From NCBI GenBank assembly GCA_950097015.1, contig CATNEN010000039.1, positions 806,001 through 870,000 of the forward strand: a stretch of 64,000 nucleotides of DNA, written 5' to 3'. The position numbers and the translations under genes were made by a program. Below the pieces are notes generated by a model. That model saw only the letters and a program-made list of their open reading frames with translations, ran no database searches and was not told the origin of the DNA. This document shows positions 49,407 through 62,812 of the stretch, piece after piece (the first letter of the stretch is position 1; every line of letters begins with the position of its first letter). Source of the DNA: Macrostomum hystrix. Its lineage: Eukaryota; Animalia; Platyhelminthes.

Positions 49407-52400
49407 TCAGGCGGAGGCACCGGCCGAAGCGGCCGCCCCGGACTTCGTTGGTGTAACGCCGGCCGACTGCGTGTTGTTGTTGTCGCAGTCAATTCCAACC
49501 CGCTCATCGGCGTCGCCGCGACCGTCACCTTCAGCGTCAGCGTCGCCGTCAAGACCGCCGGCACCACCGCCACCGCCGCCGATGCTGCCGGAGCTGAGGT
49601 TCAGCGGCCAGGTTGGGGTGGCACCCGGAGTGGCGCGGAAGATGTGCTCAAAGTGGTCCATTGCCAGGCCGCCGGATCCGACGCCGCGAGATCGCCGACC
49701 TGCCGTTCCGTCGCCGCCACCGAAGCCGATACCGCTGCCGCCGCCAGCGATGCTCTGCATCTCAAGGATCATTTTGATGGCCGTCGGCGTGTCGTTGCGC
49801 GCCACCGCTGCGGCGGCTGCAGCAGCTGCGGCTGCAGCGGCGGCGGAGCCAAGCATCGGGCTGCTGCTGGGTGCCATAATGGGCGTCGACCGAGCCGCGG
49901 CGACAACAGCAGCTGCGGCCGCCTGCATCGCCGCCTGGGGATCAAAGCAGCCTGAGAGGATCGGCCTAAAGAAGTCCGCTGCCGTGGCAGCCGACGCTGA
50001 CGTTACCGACGAAGCTAACAGCGCTGTCGAGGATAATGAAGATGAAGACGACGTTGAAGCTGACGCAGAAGACGTCGATGCCCCCGCGACGTTGACATCG
50101 CGCTCTTTCAGCGTGCCATCGGCACCGGCGACTAGAGGCTTCGGCCGCGTCAGCGGAGGGGGCATCGACATGGAGGCGGCGGCAGCAGCAGCAGCGGCCG
50201 CAGCTGCGGCAGACATGCCGGCATGATAGTGGGATGATGGGGGGTGCGGGAAGCCGTGCCCGTGAAAACCATTTGCAGCGGCGCAGAGGTCGGGCGGCAA
50301 AGGCTGGAATGAAGACGAGTTGGGGGCCCGTGAGAAACAAGCAAGACAACCGTGACTACTAGATGGAGTAACTACTGAGACCGTCTTTCAGATAAGAAAA
50401 AAATCTCAATGATCCCAGAACAAAGGAAAAGCACTAACACTGCGACAATAGGGCGAGTTTCTTAGACTGTTGTAAAACATGGCCACTGCCTGTAGGGAGT
50501 TCATGCGCTGCTGCTGCTGCAGCTGCTGCTGATGCTGATGGTGCTGCAGCAGGTTGCGCGATCCCGGATGCTGATTGCCGGCGGTGATCTCCGCAACTTC
50601 GTCTTCTGTGAGGCTGCGGTTTAGCACAGACGTGGCAGGCGCTGCCGTCAGGGCTTGACTGGCAGCAGTGGCTGCCGCTGAAATCGTGGATTCACTGAAA
50701 GCACCACCGTCGACAGCATCAGCGCCGGATCCAGCGGCAGGCAGCGGAGGAGTCACACCTTTGAGGCTCGCTGCACTGGTATCTCCGCTAGTTGCGTCAT
50801 CGCCAGTTGCGTCATCGGATGTGGCCTCATCCGTGGCGTCGGCGTCGGAGCAGCGCAGCGGGGCGCGGTCAAAGCGCCGGTTGGTCGGCTGCCGATGCGA
50901 GGCGGCGTCGCCAGTCGAAGCGCCCCGCTCATCGGCATCTGCTGGCAAGCAACGGTTTTTGAAAATGCATGAACTTCTGTTTGAAAAAGAGACAGTAAAT
51001 AAATGTGTGCCCATTGGGATCTGGACGACTTCACCTACCTAACTCGAGCTGAGCGTTGGTACCTGCGGTCTCAGCCGTGACCCTATAGTCTCGGTCCTTG
51101 TCGTCTCCTTTCTCATCAGCTTCTCCGCCGCTCACTGGTCGGCGGCGCTTCTTAGGCGGCATCAGCGCCGAGCCGCCGCCGCTACTGCCGCCGTCGCTGT
51201 CCGTTGACGACACCGACACCGTGCGACGCTTGCCGGTGCTGCCGACGCCATCGGCTGGCACTCCGGGTTCGCCAGTCGCCACCGCTGTTCCACCGGAGCT
51301 AAAATAAGATGAAGCGTGGCTGGCAGAGTTCGGCGAGGCCACTTCGGACTTGCACCGCTGCTGCTGATGCTGCCGATAAGGCGGCTGCAGCAGCTGCTGC
51401 TGCGGAAATGCTAGCGGACGCTGCAGTGGCGGCTGTGGAAGTGGTTGCGGCGGCAGTGACTGCGAAGGCGGCTGCGGCTGCCAGTAGCTGGTGTCAACCA
51501 TGGCGCCGCCGCCGGATCGGGCCCGGCAGAGACTGTCGTAGGCGGCCAGCGTGTCTGGATAGTTCTCTTTGACAAAGGTCAGGTCGTCAGATGACAGCTG
51601 GTAGCGGTCGAGCAGCACCGGGGGCAGCTCCATGTGCTCTGGAGGGCGGCATCGAAATCAATGAGCAGATGTGAGCACAACTCACTCGGATTGATAAATG
51701 AAAATTTCCTAATAATGACGAGAAATCTTGACTTCTGTCTCGACTCTTTGGTTCAATGACACTCGGCGCTTAATGGCGGGCCGCCACAGAGGCCCCATTA
51801 GACCGCGTCAAGTGTCAGGTGTGCGCGTGGCACCAGCGAGGCGGCGCAGGGGCAAAATAAAGAATCTAACTCCGAAATGTGTGGCAACAATGGAGAAATT
51901 CCCAATAACAATCTCGATAATGCGGCCCGGCTCAAATTGCCAGGCTTTCAACCAGCCGCACAGTGGGCTGCGGTGCTCCCGGGGCGCTATCGAGCGCTGG
52001 GTGAAGCCCTCCAAGAGTTCGGCAGGGCTAGAGGCGAACAGCAATTAGCATCTGTCCGGGCCGGCTCACAGTCAGTCCTGATCCGAATATGCATCGCGTG
52101 CGCTCAAAGAGGAAGTCGAGAGAGGCGAGGGTTACGAAGGGTTAAGAGGCGGGCTCGCGAGGCTGCATTGTTCGCCAAAAGAAAAGAGAATAGGAGCGAG
52201 CCACGCGTGGCGCCACCAACGCTTTCGCCTCACTCAAGTTCAGTAAGCTGGAAGCCATCGAGGAAACATCAGTCAGCGGCCTCTGCCCAGTCCTCCTGGG
52301 TCCTGGCCTTATTATCATTATTGCCATTGCATGCGAAAGTCGCTGACCCTCCTGTGCGTGCCCAGCTCCTCCCCCAGCAATGCTCCCAGTCTAGGGGATT

Positions 52401-55400
52401 CCTATTGTATTGTTTGAGGCACAAACGAAACTGTTGTAGGCAAGTGGGGCAGATTGACGGTTGCCAAAAGCACCGAATCCCTCTCTGCCCTGTCAACAAG
52501 CTGTCATTAGAGAGCAGCGGTGGAGACGGCGCCACCGGGCCGAGGGATATTTGGCCGCTTGTTCGGGCAGCACGGCCCACTGTCATTGGCCGCTTCAGAG
52601 GCCGCCTCCTCGTCCCCTATTTCCCTTCCCCTCGCTTCACCCGCCCCTCCCCGGCCCCATTAAGCCCGGGCGAAGAAAGGCTTTCGGGGCCACGCCCCCA
52701 CCATCAGCGGGCGCAAGCGCAACAAACGGGGCTGGGCCAACAACCTCCTGAAACGGCTTGGCCGCCGCCGCATGCCAGGCAGGCAACAAAGCCGCTGAGA
52801 ATGAACAAAGGGAATAAACCGATGCTGTCGAGGGAGGTCAATGGGAAAAGAGCGCAGCCTAATTAAGGGAGAAACGGCCTATGTCCAGACTTCCGCATAC
52901 CAAACTCGAACTGCCAGATCCTCAGGCAAGCCCCGCTTTCATCACGGCTACCAAAATGCAGCGAGGACTTCGCGAATCAGTGCGCAATCGGATCGGACAG
53001 AATGAGGGCCAGGCTGGTCCTTCCGATGTGAGCTACGGCTCGATCGAGTCCCAACGCGCCATTTGAAATCCACGAACCTAATGAAAATTCTCGCGCTCTT
53101 CTCAGCTTCCAAATCCCATCAGGACTCCAATGGATGGCGCGCGAATGGGAGAAGCTGGGATAATCTCCCCCAGGTGATGGGAAGGGGCGGGGCCGGGTGC
53201 AGCTTAGGCAGGCGGGGATTACCTAATAGGCTTGGCGATGGGATAAAAACGCGAGCTCGATGAAGAAGAGCCCGCGGAGCCCTGAGTTGGGCTGAGTTGG
53301 GCGAGACGAATTTTCGAGAATTTGGATGAAGGCGGGCGAGGAGGCCTAAGGAAGGCGGCAGCAAAGTCACAAAGTCAAATCCCTTACTTAAGTTGTCCCA
53401 TTAAAAATCGGGAGTTGGAGCAGGGCATGTTGGGCGATCGAGGCGAGCCGTTTGCGTGCTTCGCCACCGGCATGAGGGGCGCGGGTGTGGGGGCAGGGCA
53501 GGAATTAGCGTCATGAAGGGCGCGCAGTGACGACTGGGAGGTGTCAAAAGCTGCCGGAGAAGCCCGCGGGGAACTGCCAGCAGGGCGGAGAGTGTAGGGC
53601 AGGCTCGAATTCGCATCGCCAGCCATGGACGAGCAGCCAGAAGGACTGACTGAGCGAGTCAAACAGGCGGAACCTGAGTGCTAATGAAATGATAAAAGCA
53701 AAAGCAGAATGGAGATCAGGATTCGGTAGAGACGTTGGCGCGGGAGAGTTGAATAGGGAAAATAGACGCAAAGTAATGTTTTCCTGTTTCAAATTATGAA
53801 AAAGGATCAAAGAAGCAACTCTCGGCCGGATGAGTGGCAATAATTAGGCCCAACTGATTACAGTGCTATGGGCTGTTCGGCCCGCTGTCGCACAGGTAGT
53901 TCTGCCCACAGCGCCCAACGGCAGCAGCTTAGCGCAGCCCGCTCATCGCCCGAATCCAAGATTCCCGCCGGAGCGAAGGATCGATCCACAAAGTTATATC
54001 AGCTAAATGGAATGGAAAGCTCCTCTTTAATCCCGTGATTAGGAGTGGGATTAATAACGACTTCTGCCCGCCCCGTCAGGCACGCGTCGCGACTGCAGCG
54101 GATCAATTAGCCGGATTGGGAACAAGCTCCCAGCGGCCGGGGGCGGCGCCGGAAATGATAGAAGAGCAGCTGGAGCACACCGCTTGCTGCCTGTCGCCTG
54201 CGCCCGGTTGATTGGATCATTAGAAACGTTCATTTCGCAAGCTGATAAAGTGTCGGTTAGAGGAACGCAAGTTCAGCTGCCACAGTCTGGCCTCTCGCCG
54301 ATTCCCGGAGAAAAGAGAAGCCATTGTCTTCTTATGTTTCATATGATCATCTCCTATATCTTCCTGATCGATCTGTTGGATTCTCATTTTAGCCGTAAAA
54401 GTTAAGCATGCTGACACAAGGCTTAGCTTCTCATATCTAGTTTGTTTGTTTTTCGAATTGCCTGTGTCGGTTCAGTTTACGAAGAAATTTTCTGGAGTCA
54501 CTCCGATACTGCTGCTCATTCTTCGTTGAACTAATAGGAGCCGCAGAGCAAGCAGACCACCTACAGGTAGCAATTCGTAAAACTTTTTCATTCCCAACCA
54601 AACGTTAACGAAGTTAACGTTCATCATATTTTAATATTAAAATTGAATCGCTACACACACCTGGGAATAAGCAGCCAAATGAAAGGCGATAAGGAATAAT
54701 AATCATAATCATAAATGGGAAAGTAGCGAATACCCAGTGGCAGGAGTGGAGCAATAAAACTGGGATAAAAAATACAAGAAGACAAGAACACCAGCCGATC
54801 TTCAGGGCAAGGCAAAGACCAGTGTGCGTGCGGCACCCCAAAAGCCGACAAGCGAGTCGAGGCGGAGGCAGGCATAGAAAAGTGCCGACAGCTGGCCAAG
54901 GTAGAAAAAAGTTGCGCTCTAAAAAAGCAGCCCAGCTTATCCGCCCAGATCCTGCTCAGAGCTAATTATCCGGCAGAGTTGATGAGAGAAGCAAAGACTA
55001 TTCGAGAAAAAAAGCACGCCGCAATGACAAGGCAGTGAGAGAGCTGGCGCGCCCAGAAGGCTCGCGGGATAAAAAAGCGCAGTCGAACAAGAAAAAGTTG
55101 GATACACCAGCGGGCCGGGAAAAGCTCAAAGGGGATCTGCAGCAGCGCTAGGATGGACCTCTACTTTTGACAATTCCATGAAACAGCAGCAGCGGTATCA
55201 GCGCCCACCATGCAAGATGGCTAAACGAATTCGATTAGCTCCAGCTGAGCCGCTGTTGGCTTTCTCCGCCGCCGCAGCCTCTTCATCTTGCGCTACGTTT
55301 CCCCTTTCATCCTAAACTTCGCACGGGTTGAATTTGTATCGAAATAGAAAGCAGAAACAGCAGCGGCCAGGCAGACAAAGCCATCACTGAGAAACAGGAC

Positions 55401-58400
55401 AAGATCCAAGGACAAAGGCTCCCAGATCGCTATAATCAGCAGAGAATAAATAAATCGGCAATTGAGTTTGCTCAGAGCGCGATGCCGCATCTTTGAGAAT
55501 TGCAGTGAGATAGCTGTCAGGCAGATGCCGAAATGCTAGATGCTCCAGCCAGGCCAAATCAGCAGGCGGACAAGAAACTGGATAGCCGATTCTTTAGCAA
55601 GGCCTGGTGGACAAGAATCTGGATAGCCGATTCTTTAGCAAGGCCTGGTGGACAAGAATCAGAATAGCCGATTCCCTATCAAAACCTGGTGGATACGTTT
55701 CTGAAATTCCGATTCCCTAATTCCTAGCCAGGCCAGCTCAGCCGGTGGACAAGAATCTGGATAGCCGATTCCCTAGCCAGGCCAGCTCAGCAGGTGGACA
55801 AGAATCTGGGCAGCCGATTCCCTAGCCAGGCCAGCTCAGCCGGTGGACAAGAATCTGGGCAGCCGATTCCCTAGCCAGGCCAGCTCAGCCGGTGGACAAG
55901 AATCTGGGCAGCCGATTCCCTAGCCAGGCCAGCTCAGCCGGTGGACAAGAATCTGGGCAGCCGATTCCCTAGCCAGGCCAGCTCAGCCGGTGGACAAGTG
56001 CCAGGTACTACGCGGCGTGAATAATGTTCTCTCAACTTGCCAATTTGCAAGCCAAGAGAATGGCTGGGCAATCGACAATGAGCTCGAGCGGTGTGACCAA
56101 TTTGAGCAGGGAGAACAAGAGGCAGCCGAAGTCCTGTCCAAATACCTTTGGGGTTCTTAATCAGCCCGGAGCAAAGGAGAAATTGCCATGCGTTTTGCGG
56201 GCCAGTGAGGCCGATTGACTGACACTCGCTGCTCCCCTCGGTGGCGAGATGGAGAGCCGGGCCCCGCAACAAATGGCCAAGCGTCTATAGTTTAGCGCCA
56301 GCCAGAGAGGAGAGAAATGCGTCCCAATTCCCCCAAATAGGGGATTAGGGATCTGCGTTTGAGACCGGGTGCCACAGAAAATGACGCTAATTTGCTTCCC
56401 GAAGCGATAGGAGCGCTGCCTCAGAGCCCGCTAATCGAAATCCCAGTAACTTGCTGAGCTTGTCACATTTTTTCTTCAGCTGGCCTGCAAAAAATCCCGG
56501 GAAAGATAGGGATTATGAGGATAAGAAAAAAGAGGGAGTTGCTGCTTAGAAAGGAAAACAGAAGGCAATGATGTTTTTGGAAGATCCGGGCGGCTTCAAT
56601 GCCGCATAATCATTTCCATCTCAATCAAAGTAAACGTTGACAAATTAACGAAGGCATTAGCGCTTGCCAACATGTGATGGGAAATTTTATGCAGTGTGTA
56701 TGAGATCCGCTTTCTCTACTAACTTGAGGCCTGAGGATGATCGGGGACAATGACACCAGCTGAGGCCTGAGGGGGACAATGACACCAGCTGAGGCCTGAG
56801 GGGGATAATGACACCAGCTGAGGCCTCTTGAGGATGAACGGGGACAATGACACCAGCTGAGGCCTGAGGGGGATAATGACACCAGCTGAGGCCTCTTGAG
56901 GATGAACGGGGATAATGACACCAGCTGAGGCCTCTTGAGGATGATCGGGGACAATGACACCAGCTGAGGCCTCTTGAGGATGATCGGGGACAATGACACC
57001 AGCTGAGGCCTCTTGAGGATGATCGGGGACAATGACACCAGCTGAGGCCTCTTGAGGATGATCGGGGACAATGACACCAGCTGAGGCCTCTTGAGGATGA
57101 TCGGGGACAATGACACCAGCTGAGGCCTCTTGAGGATGATCGGGGATAATGACACCAGCTGAGGCCTCTTGAGGATGATCGGGGACAATGACACCAGCTG
57201 AGGCCTCTTGAGGATGATCGGGGACAATGACACCAGCTGAGGCCTCTTGAGGATGATCGGGGACAATGACACCAGCTGAGGCCTCTTGAGGATGATCGGG
57301 GATAATGACACCAGCTGAGGCCTCTTGAGGATGATCGGGGACAATGACACCAGCTAAAGCCTGAGGATGATCGGGGACAATGACACCAGCTAAAGCCTGA
57401 GGATGATCGGGGACAATGACACCAGCTAAAGCCTGAGGATAATCGGGGGGCAATGACACCAGCTTAGACCATTGAAGATGGTCAGGTGAGGCAATTAAGA
57501 GTGTCTGAAATGACTAGCTGAGATCGATCTTGGCCTCAAGGTAGCCGAGTTGAGCCAAGTGATTTGGAGATCCCTCGGCTCGAAGGGCGCGAGTTCATCG
57601 AGCGCTTCATCCATCAATTTAGCATGCGGCTGCCCGCGTCCGACCCGAACAGAGTAAAAAGTTGGCAAAAATGACAGGCTATGGAAACAGCAAGGCGGGC
57701 CAAGCGGAGCGGGCGGCGAAGGCAAAAAATTCGCTGCTGCGGCCTCAAGTGCGCCATCCAAAGCAGCGCTAATTACAAGATTGCCGCTCGCGACTCAAAA
57801 AGCGAAACCGAAACAAAAAACGAGTTTTGAACGGAAATTACTGAGCAGGCGCCAGGGCTCCTCAGAGAATGGCTTGGAGCAACAGAAATCCGAGTTAAGG
57901 AGGCGGGGCGCCGCAAAGAGCAAGCAGCAGCAGCAGTCGGAGCAACCTGGGCCGCAGTGACAGCGGAGAAAACAGTGGAGGGCGGCTGGATGTGAAACTT
58001 TTTCTCCGTCCAAACAAAGCGGAGCAGGCGGGCGGCCCTGTCAACACGCGGGGAGCTGGGACTCCGAGCACGCGGCCAGGTGACCCGCGCTTCCCACCCC
58101 ACGCAGCCTCGGATATCCCTGGCCGGCCGAGCTCGAGCGCGAACCGCCGCTTGAGCCGCCAAATTTTTAGAAGCAAAGCATCTGAGAATCTGAGTCCTGC
58201 ATTTAAACTATGAGATCAAACAGCAGCCGGGAAACAAAAAGCCCAAACTGGGAAATACGCCGGCGCATGACAAGTTTGACAGCTGACAGGAGCAGAAACA
58301 CAAGAAATATTGAAAGCAACACGCGGAGACTCGGCAAACAGTTGGCTGTTCAGCAGCTTGTGGAGACCTCAGCTTACCTCACCTGGAGACAGGAGATATG

Positions 58401-61400
58401 ACCCACAGCCCATCGGGTTCGATTCTCTACTCAGGACTCAGGATGGCTGAGCTGCAGCTCAGGGCGACTGGGGTGCCGATGGGACTGAAGGGTGGCTGAG
58501 CTGCAGTTCAGGGCCAGACTAGGGTGCCGATGGGACTGAAGGATGGCTGAGCTGCAGTTCAGGGCCAGACTAGGGTGCCGATGGGACTGAAGGGTGGCTG
58601 AGCTGCAGTTCAGGGCCAGACTAGGGTGCCGATGGGACTGAAGGATGGCTGAGCTGCAGTTCAGGGCCAGACTAGGGTGCCGATGGGACTGAAGGGTGGC
58701 TGAGCTGCAGTTCAGGGCCAGACTAGGGTGCCGATGGGACTGAAGGATGGCTGAGCTGCAGTTCAGGGCCAGACTAGGGTGCCGATGGGACTGAAGGGTG
58801 GCTGAGCTGCAGTTCAGGGCCAGACTGGGGTGCCGATGGGACTGAAGGGTGGCTGAGCTGCAGTTCAGGGGCAGACTGGGGTGCCGATAGGACTGAAGGG
58901 TGGCTGAGCTGCAGTTCAGGGGCAGACTGGGGTGCCGATGGGACTGAAGGGTGGCTGAGCTGCAGTTCAGGGCCAGACTGGGATGCCGATGGGACTGAAG
59001 GGTGGCTGAGCTGCAGTTCAGGGGCAGACTAGGGTGCCGATAGGACTGAAGGATGGCTGAGCTGCAGTTCAGGGCCAGACTGGGGTGCTGATGGGACTGA
59101 AGGGTGGCTGAGCTGCAGTTTCCGCAGTCTCTGAATGACGGATATACTTAACTAGCAGAGTTTGCATTGTTAGCAAGTATTCCGCAATCAGGACACAGAA
59201 CCCGGTCCACAGCCAGTTGCTGGCCCAGTTTCGCAGGCCTGGTGACTCAATGATGGAGAGGAAAGGCAGAGAGATGCCATTGAAAGCGGCAACAGGAAAC
59301 AGGCGCAACACTGCGAAAGCCGCCCACCCGGGGGAGGCCGGAGGCCGGCAGCTCGGCAGGCTGGCGATGGCAACATGATCCGTGAAATAACAAGCAAACA
59401 AAAACACACTGCACTTTGCGAAAGCGAAACTGAGGCTGCTGGTGGCACAACTTGTCGCTGCTGCTGTTTCAGCGCCTAAAAAGCTGCAAACTGCACAGAC
59501 CGAAGCAGAAACAGAAGAACAACAAAAACAGCAGCAGCAGCAGGCGCTGATAACACACGCCAAGTGTTAGCCAAGCGAGTGAAGCAGGCAGACAGATCAG
59601 CCATAATAATATATTATGCGTGGCGTGTCGGTTAAGAAGGACAGGCGGTGTGCAGCAACCTCAGTTTGCCACCGAGGCTGCTGAATGAAGAATGAACAAA
59701 CCGTAGAATAAGAAAAGACAGAAGGCGTCCAACCCTTATCGATGATAGCCGAGCAAAAACAAGTGATCGATCACTGGATCACTGAATGGGTTGCTAATGG
59801 GTTGCTAAATGCCAAGCTTGCTCATATTGGACCGGAGCTGAGCACACTTGCCAGCATTCAGATTGGCCTCCTTGCGGACAGTGAGTCCACAGTGAACCCC
59901 TGTGAGCCCCTGCGAATCCAGCTAAACCCGCAGCGACAAAGATTCTTAACTCCCGGCTTCAGCAACAGCGGCTGTGCGAGCAGGATTATCGAGGATGCCA
60001 GCTTGCTAACTTTTTTCCACTGGGAATGAATCAGTTGGCAATCTGACAATCTCACGCTTATCTATTCATAGCTGGACCTTGCAGCTGTTATGACTGCAAC
60101 TTCTGTCTTGTAGGAGGCCATGCGAGACTGACTTCAGCAAGAATGACAAGCGATAGAGCGAGAGCAAAGGAAGACGGTGGAGTGTGAGGGAGACAGGGTG
60201 GAGTGAGAAGGAGACAGGGTGGAGTGAGCGGGAGACAGGGTGGAGTGAGAGGGATATAGGGTGGAGTGAGAAGAATATAGGGTGGAGTGAGAAGGATATA
60301 GGGTGGAGTGAGAAGGATATAGGGTGGAGTGAGAAGGATATAGGGTGGAGTCAGTAGGTAACAGGGGTGGTGTGAGAGGATGGGGTGCAACAGAGCAGAG
60401 GGGGCAGAGGAGTTGGGAAGGAGTGGGGGGCACTGCCCCCACCACAGATCAGCTCAGCCAGAGGCAAGAAAAAGCAGTGATTACAGAGACAAAACAAAAG
60501 TAGGTGACAGGGCAGTGAGACGGGGAAGGCGGGACAGAGAGCGGATGAGGATCTGTGAAACTAGAAGCAGGCCACTAGCAGGCAAGCTCGCGGGAAACAA
60601 AGAGCGGGTCAGAGTGCCGATGGAAACGCGATACGCGCACACGACAAAGACACGGGCTTTAAAAAAGACACCGAAGATCAAGTGGAAATTTAGCACTCAG
60701 AAAACAGAGCTAAAGAAGGGTAGCGCACGCCAGTGGGGGATCTGTAAAAGAATGTCTCAGGATGGAGGCTCGCATGTTGCCACGCGCGGGCTTAATCAAG
60801 CGAAACAGACGGGCTGGTGGCGCGGGCCTCCATTAACAAAAGGCTCCAGTTTCGCGCCAGGCAATTTGGAATAACAAAACTTTTTCTCCCAGTTCTCACT
60901 TCAACCAGGTTGAATTTGGTTGCGGCTAAGGAACGGGGCGGGTGGCAGAGACAGCGAACCCAATCGGATGCCGCATTGTTCACGCCTGACTGCAGCTCAG
61001 CTCAGGCTTAGTGAGGCTGGCGAACTAAACTTTTATGATCGATTTGAACAAAAAAACTGCCCGCTTTGGCCGCAGCGAAGGCTGGCGCCCGTGCCGGTGG
61101 TGGGGTCAGCCAGGTCGAACAATGGGATTTGCTAGGCAAGCTCTTTTCGCAAACAGAAAGCAACGCTTTTGAAACTTTATAGAGGCCGAGAACAAAAATT
61201 ATGGTCTAATTTAGAGCTGAAATCAAATCATAGCTATCTAGTGGCCCATAATGCGCTGTGCGTTATGAGTTACAACTATACGATAAGAGGACTGCCAAAA
61301 AAGAGGACCACTTAATTAGAAGTCCACTTAATTAGAGGACCACCCGATTAGAGCACCACCCGATTAGAGGACCACCCGATTAGGGTCTAGCTTTGGATTA

Positions 61401-62812
61401 CCGTCAAGCTACTCACCGTTCATTTCCCGCCGAATCACGTCGACAGGAAAAGGCGACGTGAACTGGAAGTAGTTCAGCCGCTGCATCGCCGACTGACCGT
61501 CGATGCCAGTTGGGACGGTGGCGGCTTCGGCCAGTCCTGACCGGTGCGTTGTCGACATTGCCGACGGCGGCGCAGGCGGAGGCGAAATTTCGTAGCCATT
61601 GAGTCGCAGCATCTCCATGGTGACGGCCATCATGGCGGGGCTGCACTGGAATTTGAAGTGCCTGGGGTTGATGCACAGCTCATCCTCGCAGCGGTGCACC
61701 AGCAGGTTGGTGTCCGTGCTGTCCATGGGCACGCCATGGAACAGGATGGCAACCAGGGTGTCCAGGCGCCACACCTTGTCGGAGCCGCGCAGGCCATCAA
61801 TGCGCTTCATCTTGCCCTTGCCGTCTGGCACCGTCAGGACGCAGCGCGAGTCGTCGCACTCCAACCAGACTCGAATGAAGGTCTCCTTATAGTCGTCCTG
61901 GATCTCCTTAAATATCTTCTTCAGCAGGTTGGCAACAATATCCGCCAGCTCGGTGTCCGTCATATCCTATTGGTGGCGAATTCGATGAAGTTTAAAGAAG
62001 CGAAGGGAGCAAAGTGAGGCTCAATAGAAAGGCCTCATAAAATTTGAGGTGGAGAGAATGATTGAGGCTGAAGCTCTGCATAATCTAACGATGAGAACTT
62101 GCATGAGAGTGAGTACTCAGGGGTCGGAGGGATGTGTACTATTACTGAGTGCAGATGTGTGCTAAGTGCTCACCATGGCAGCATCAGAGGCCTCCTTCAG
62201 CCTGGCATAATCCGACTGCTTGAAGATGCGCTTTTTCTCCTTCTTCTTCTTGCCAGTGCGAATGTGCGACACGGCCTTGTACCAGCGGCCGCCCATCCTG
62301 CGCACGCGGCGCATGCACAGCATGATGACAATGTTTTCACCCAGCTTAGGCGGGCAGCGAGCTGCTCCGCTGCCGCTGGCGCCGCTGCTCCGATGATGCT
62401 GGACAGATGACAGCGAGGAGGGGGCAGCAGGGGTCAGCGGATGCTGATGCTGCTGATAGCCCTGACGCTGGTGATGCTGGTGAAGCTGCTGATGATGACT
62501 TTGATGATGGTGAAGATGGTGTTGGTACTGCTGTTGGTGGTGATGATGCAGTGCCGATGAGGACGGCGGATGCGGCGGATGTGGCGGTAGCGGCGGCAGC
62601 GGCGGTGCCAGATGGGGATGCAGCGGCGGAGCCGGACCTGCGGGATGATGAGGATGATGGTGGTGGTGCGGTACACCGCCACCGCCGCCAACACCTGCTG
62701 CTGCGGCTGCTGCGGCGGCGGCTGCTGCGGCGGCGGCTGCTGCGGCTGCCGCGGCCGAGTAGGGCGAAGAGGCTGAGCCCTGGTCCAGCAGCGGGTGCGA
62801 GTGGGCACCCAT
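49407..62812 (-). CDS. NFI: Divergent Nuclear Factor I (NFI/CTF) family transcription factor, ~1060 aa if the 5-exon model holds
   Basis: Exons 62812-62174 and 61966-61417 (CVLTVPDGKGKMKRIDGLRGSDKVWRLD...ILFHGVPMDSTD...C...LCINPRH, the NFI DNA-binding domain), then 51638-51039, 50941-50439, 50303-49407 (low complexity, NLS-like PPKKRRR). The join across the 9.8-kb intron rests on phase-1 compatibility only. Confidence 0.8.
55565..55998. repeat. Minisatellite, 49-bp unit
   Basis: gccgattccctagccaggccagctcagccggtggacaagaatctgggca. Confidence 0.93.
56725..57465. repeat. Minisatellite, 39-bp unit
   Basis: gacaccagctgaggcctcttgaggatgatcgggga(c/t)aat. Confidence 0.96.
58440..59120. repeat. Minisatellite, 51-bp unit
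   Basis: tggctgagctgcagttcagggccagactagggtgccgatgggactgaaggR. Confidence 0.96.
60176..60352. repeat. Minisatellite, 21-bp unit
   Basis: agggtggagtgagaaggatat variants. Confidence 0.9.

Noticed and set aside
49393-50226. Antisense ORFs over GC-rich exons (also 25094-26200, 19208-19546, 61544-62017)
   Set aside because: They are shadows of GC3-rich coding sequence on the opposite strand.
51877-52866. 329-aa plus-strand ORF inside the NFI intron
   Set aside because: No domain or coding-like composition. Expected by chance in GC-rich sequence.
58416-58425. B-box-like ggttcgattc (tRNA or SINE)
   Set aside because: No A-box or cloverleaf could be built around it.
59069-59563. Cys-rich minus-strand ORF
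   Set aside because: TTG start, derived from CAG/A-rich low-complexity sequence, and runs into a minisatellite.
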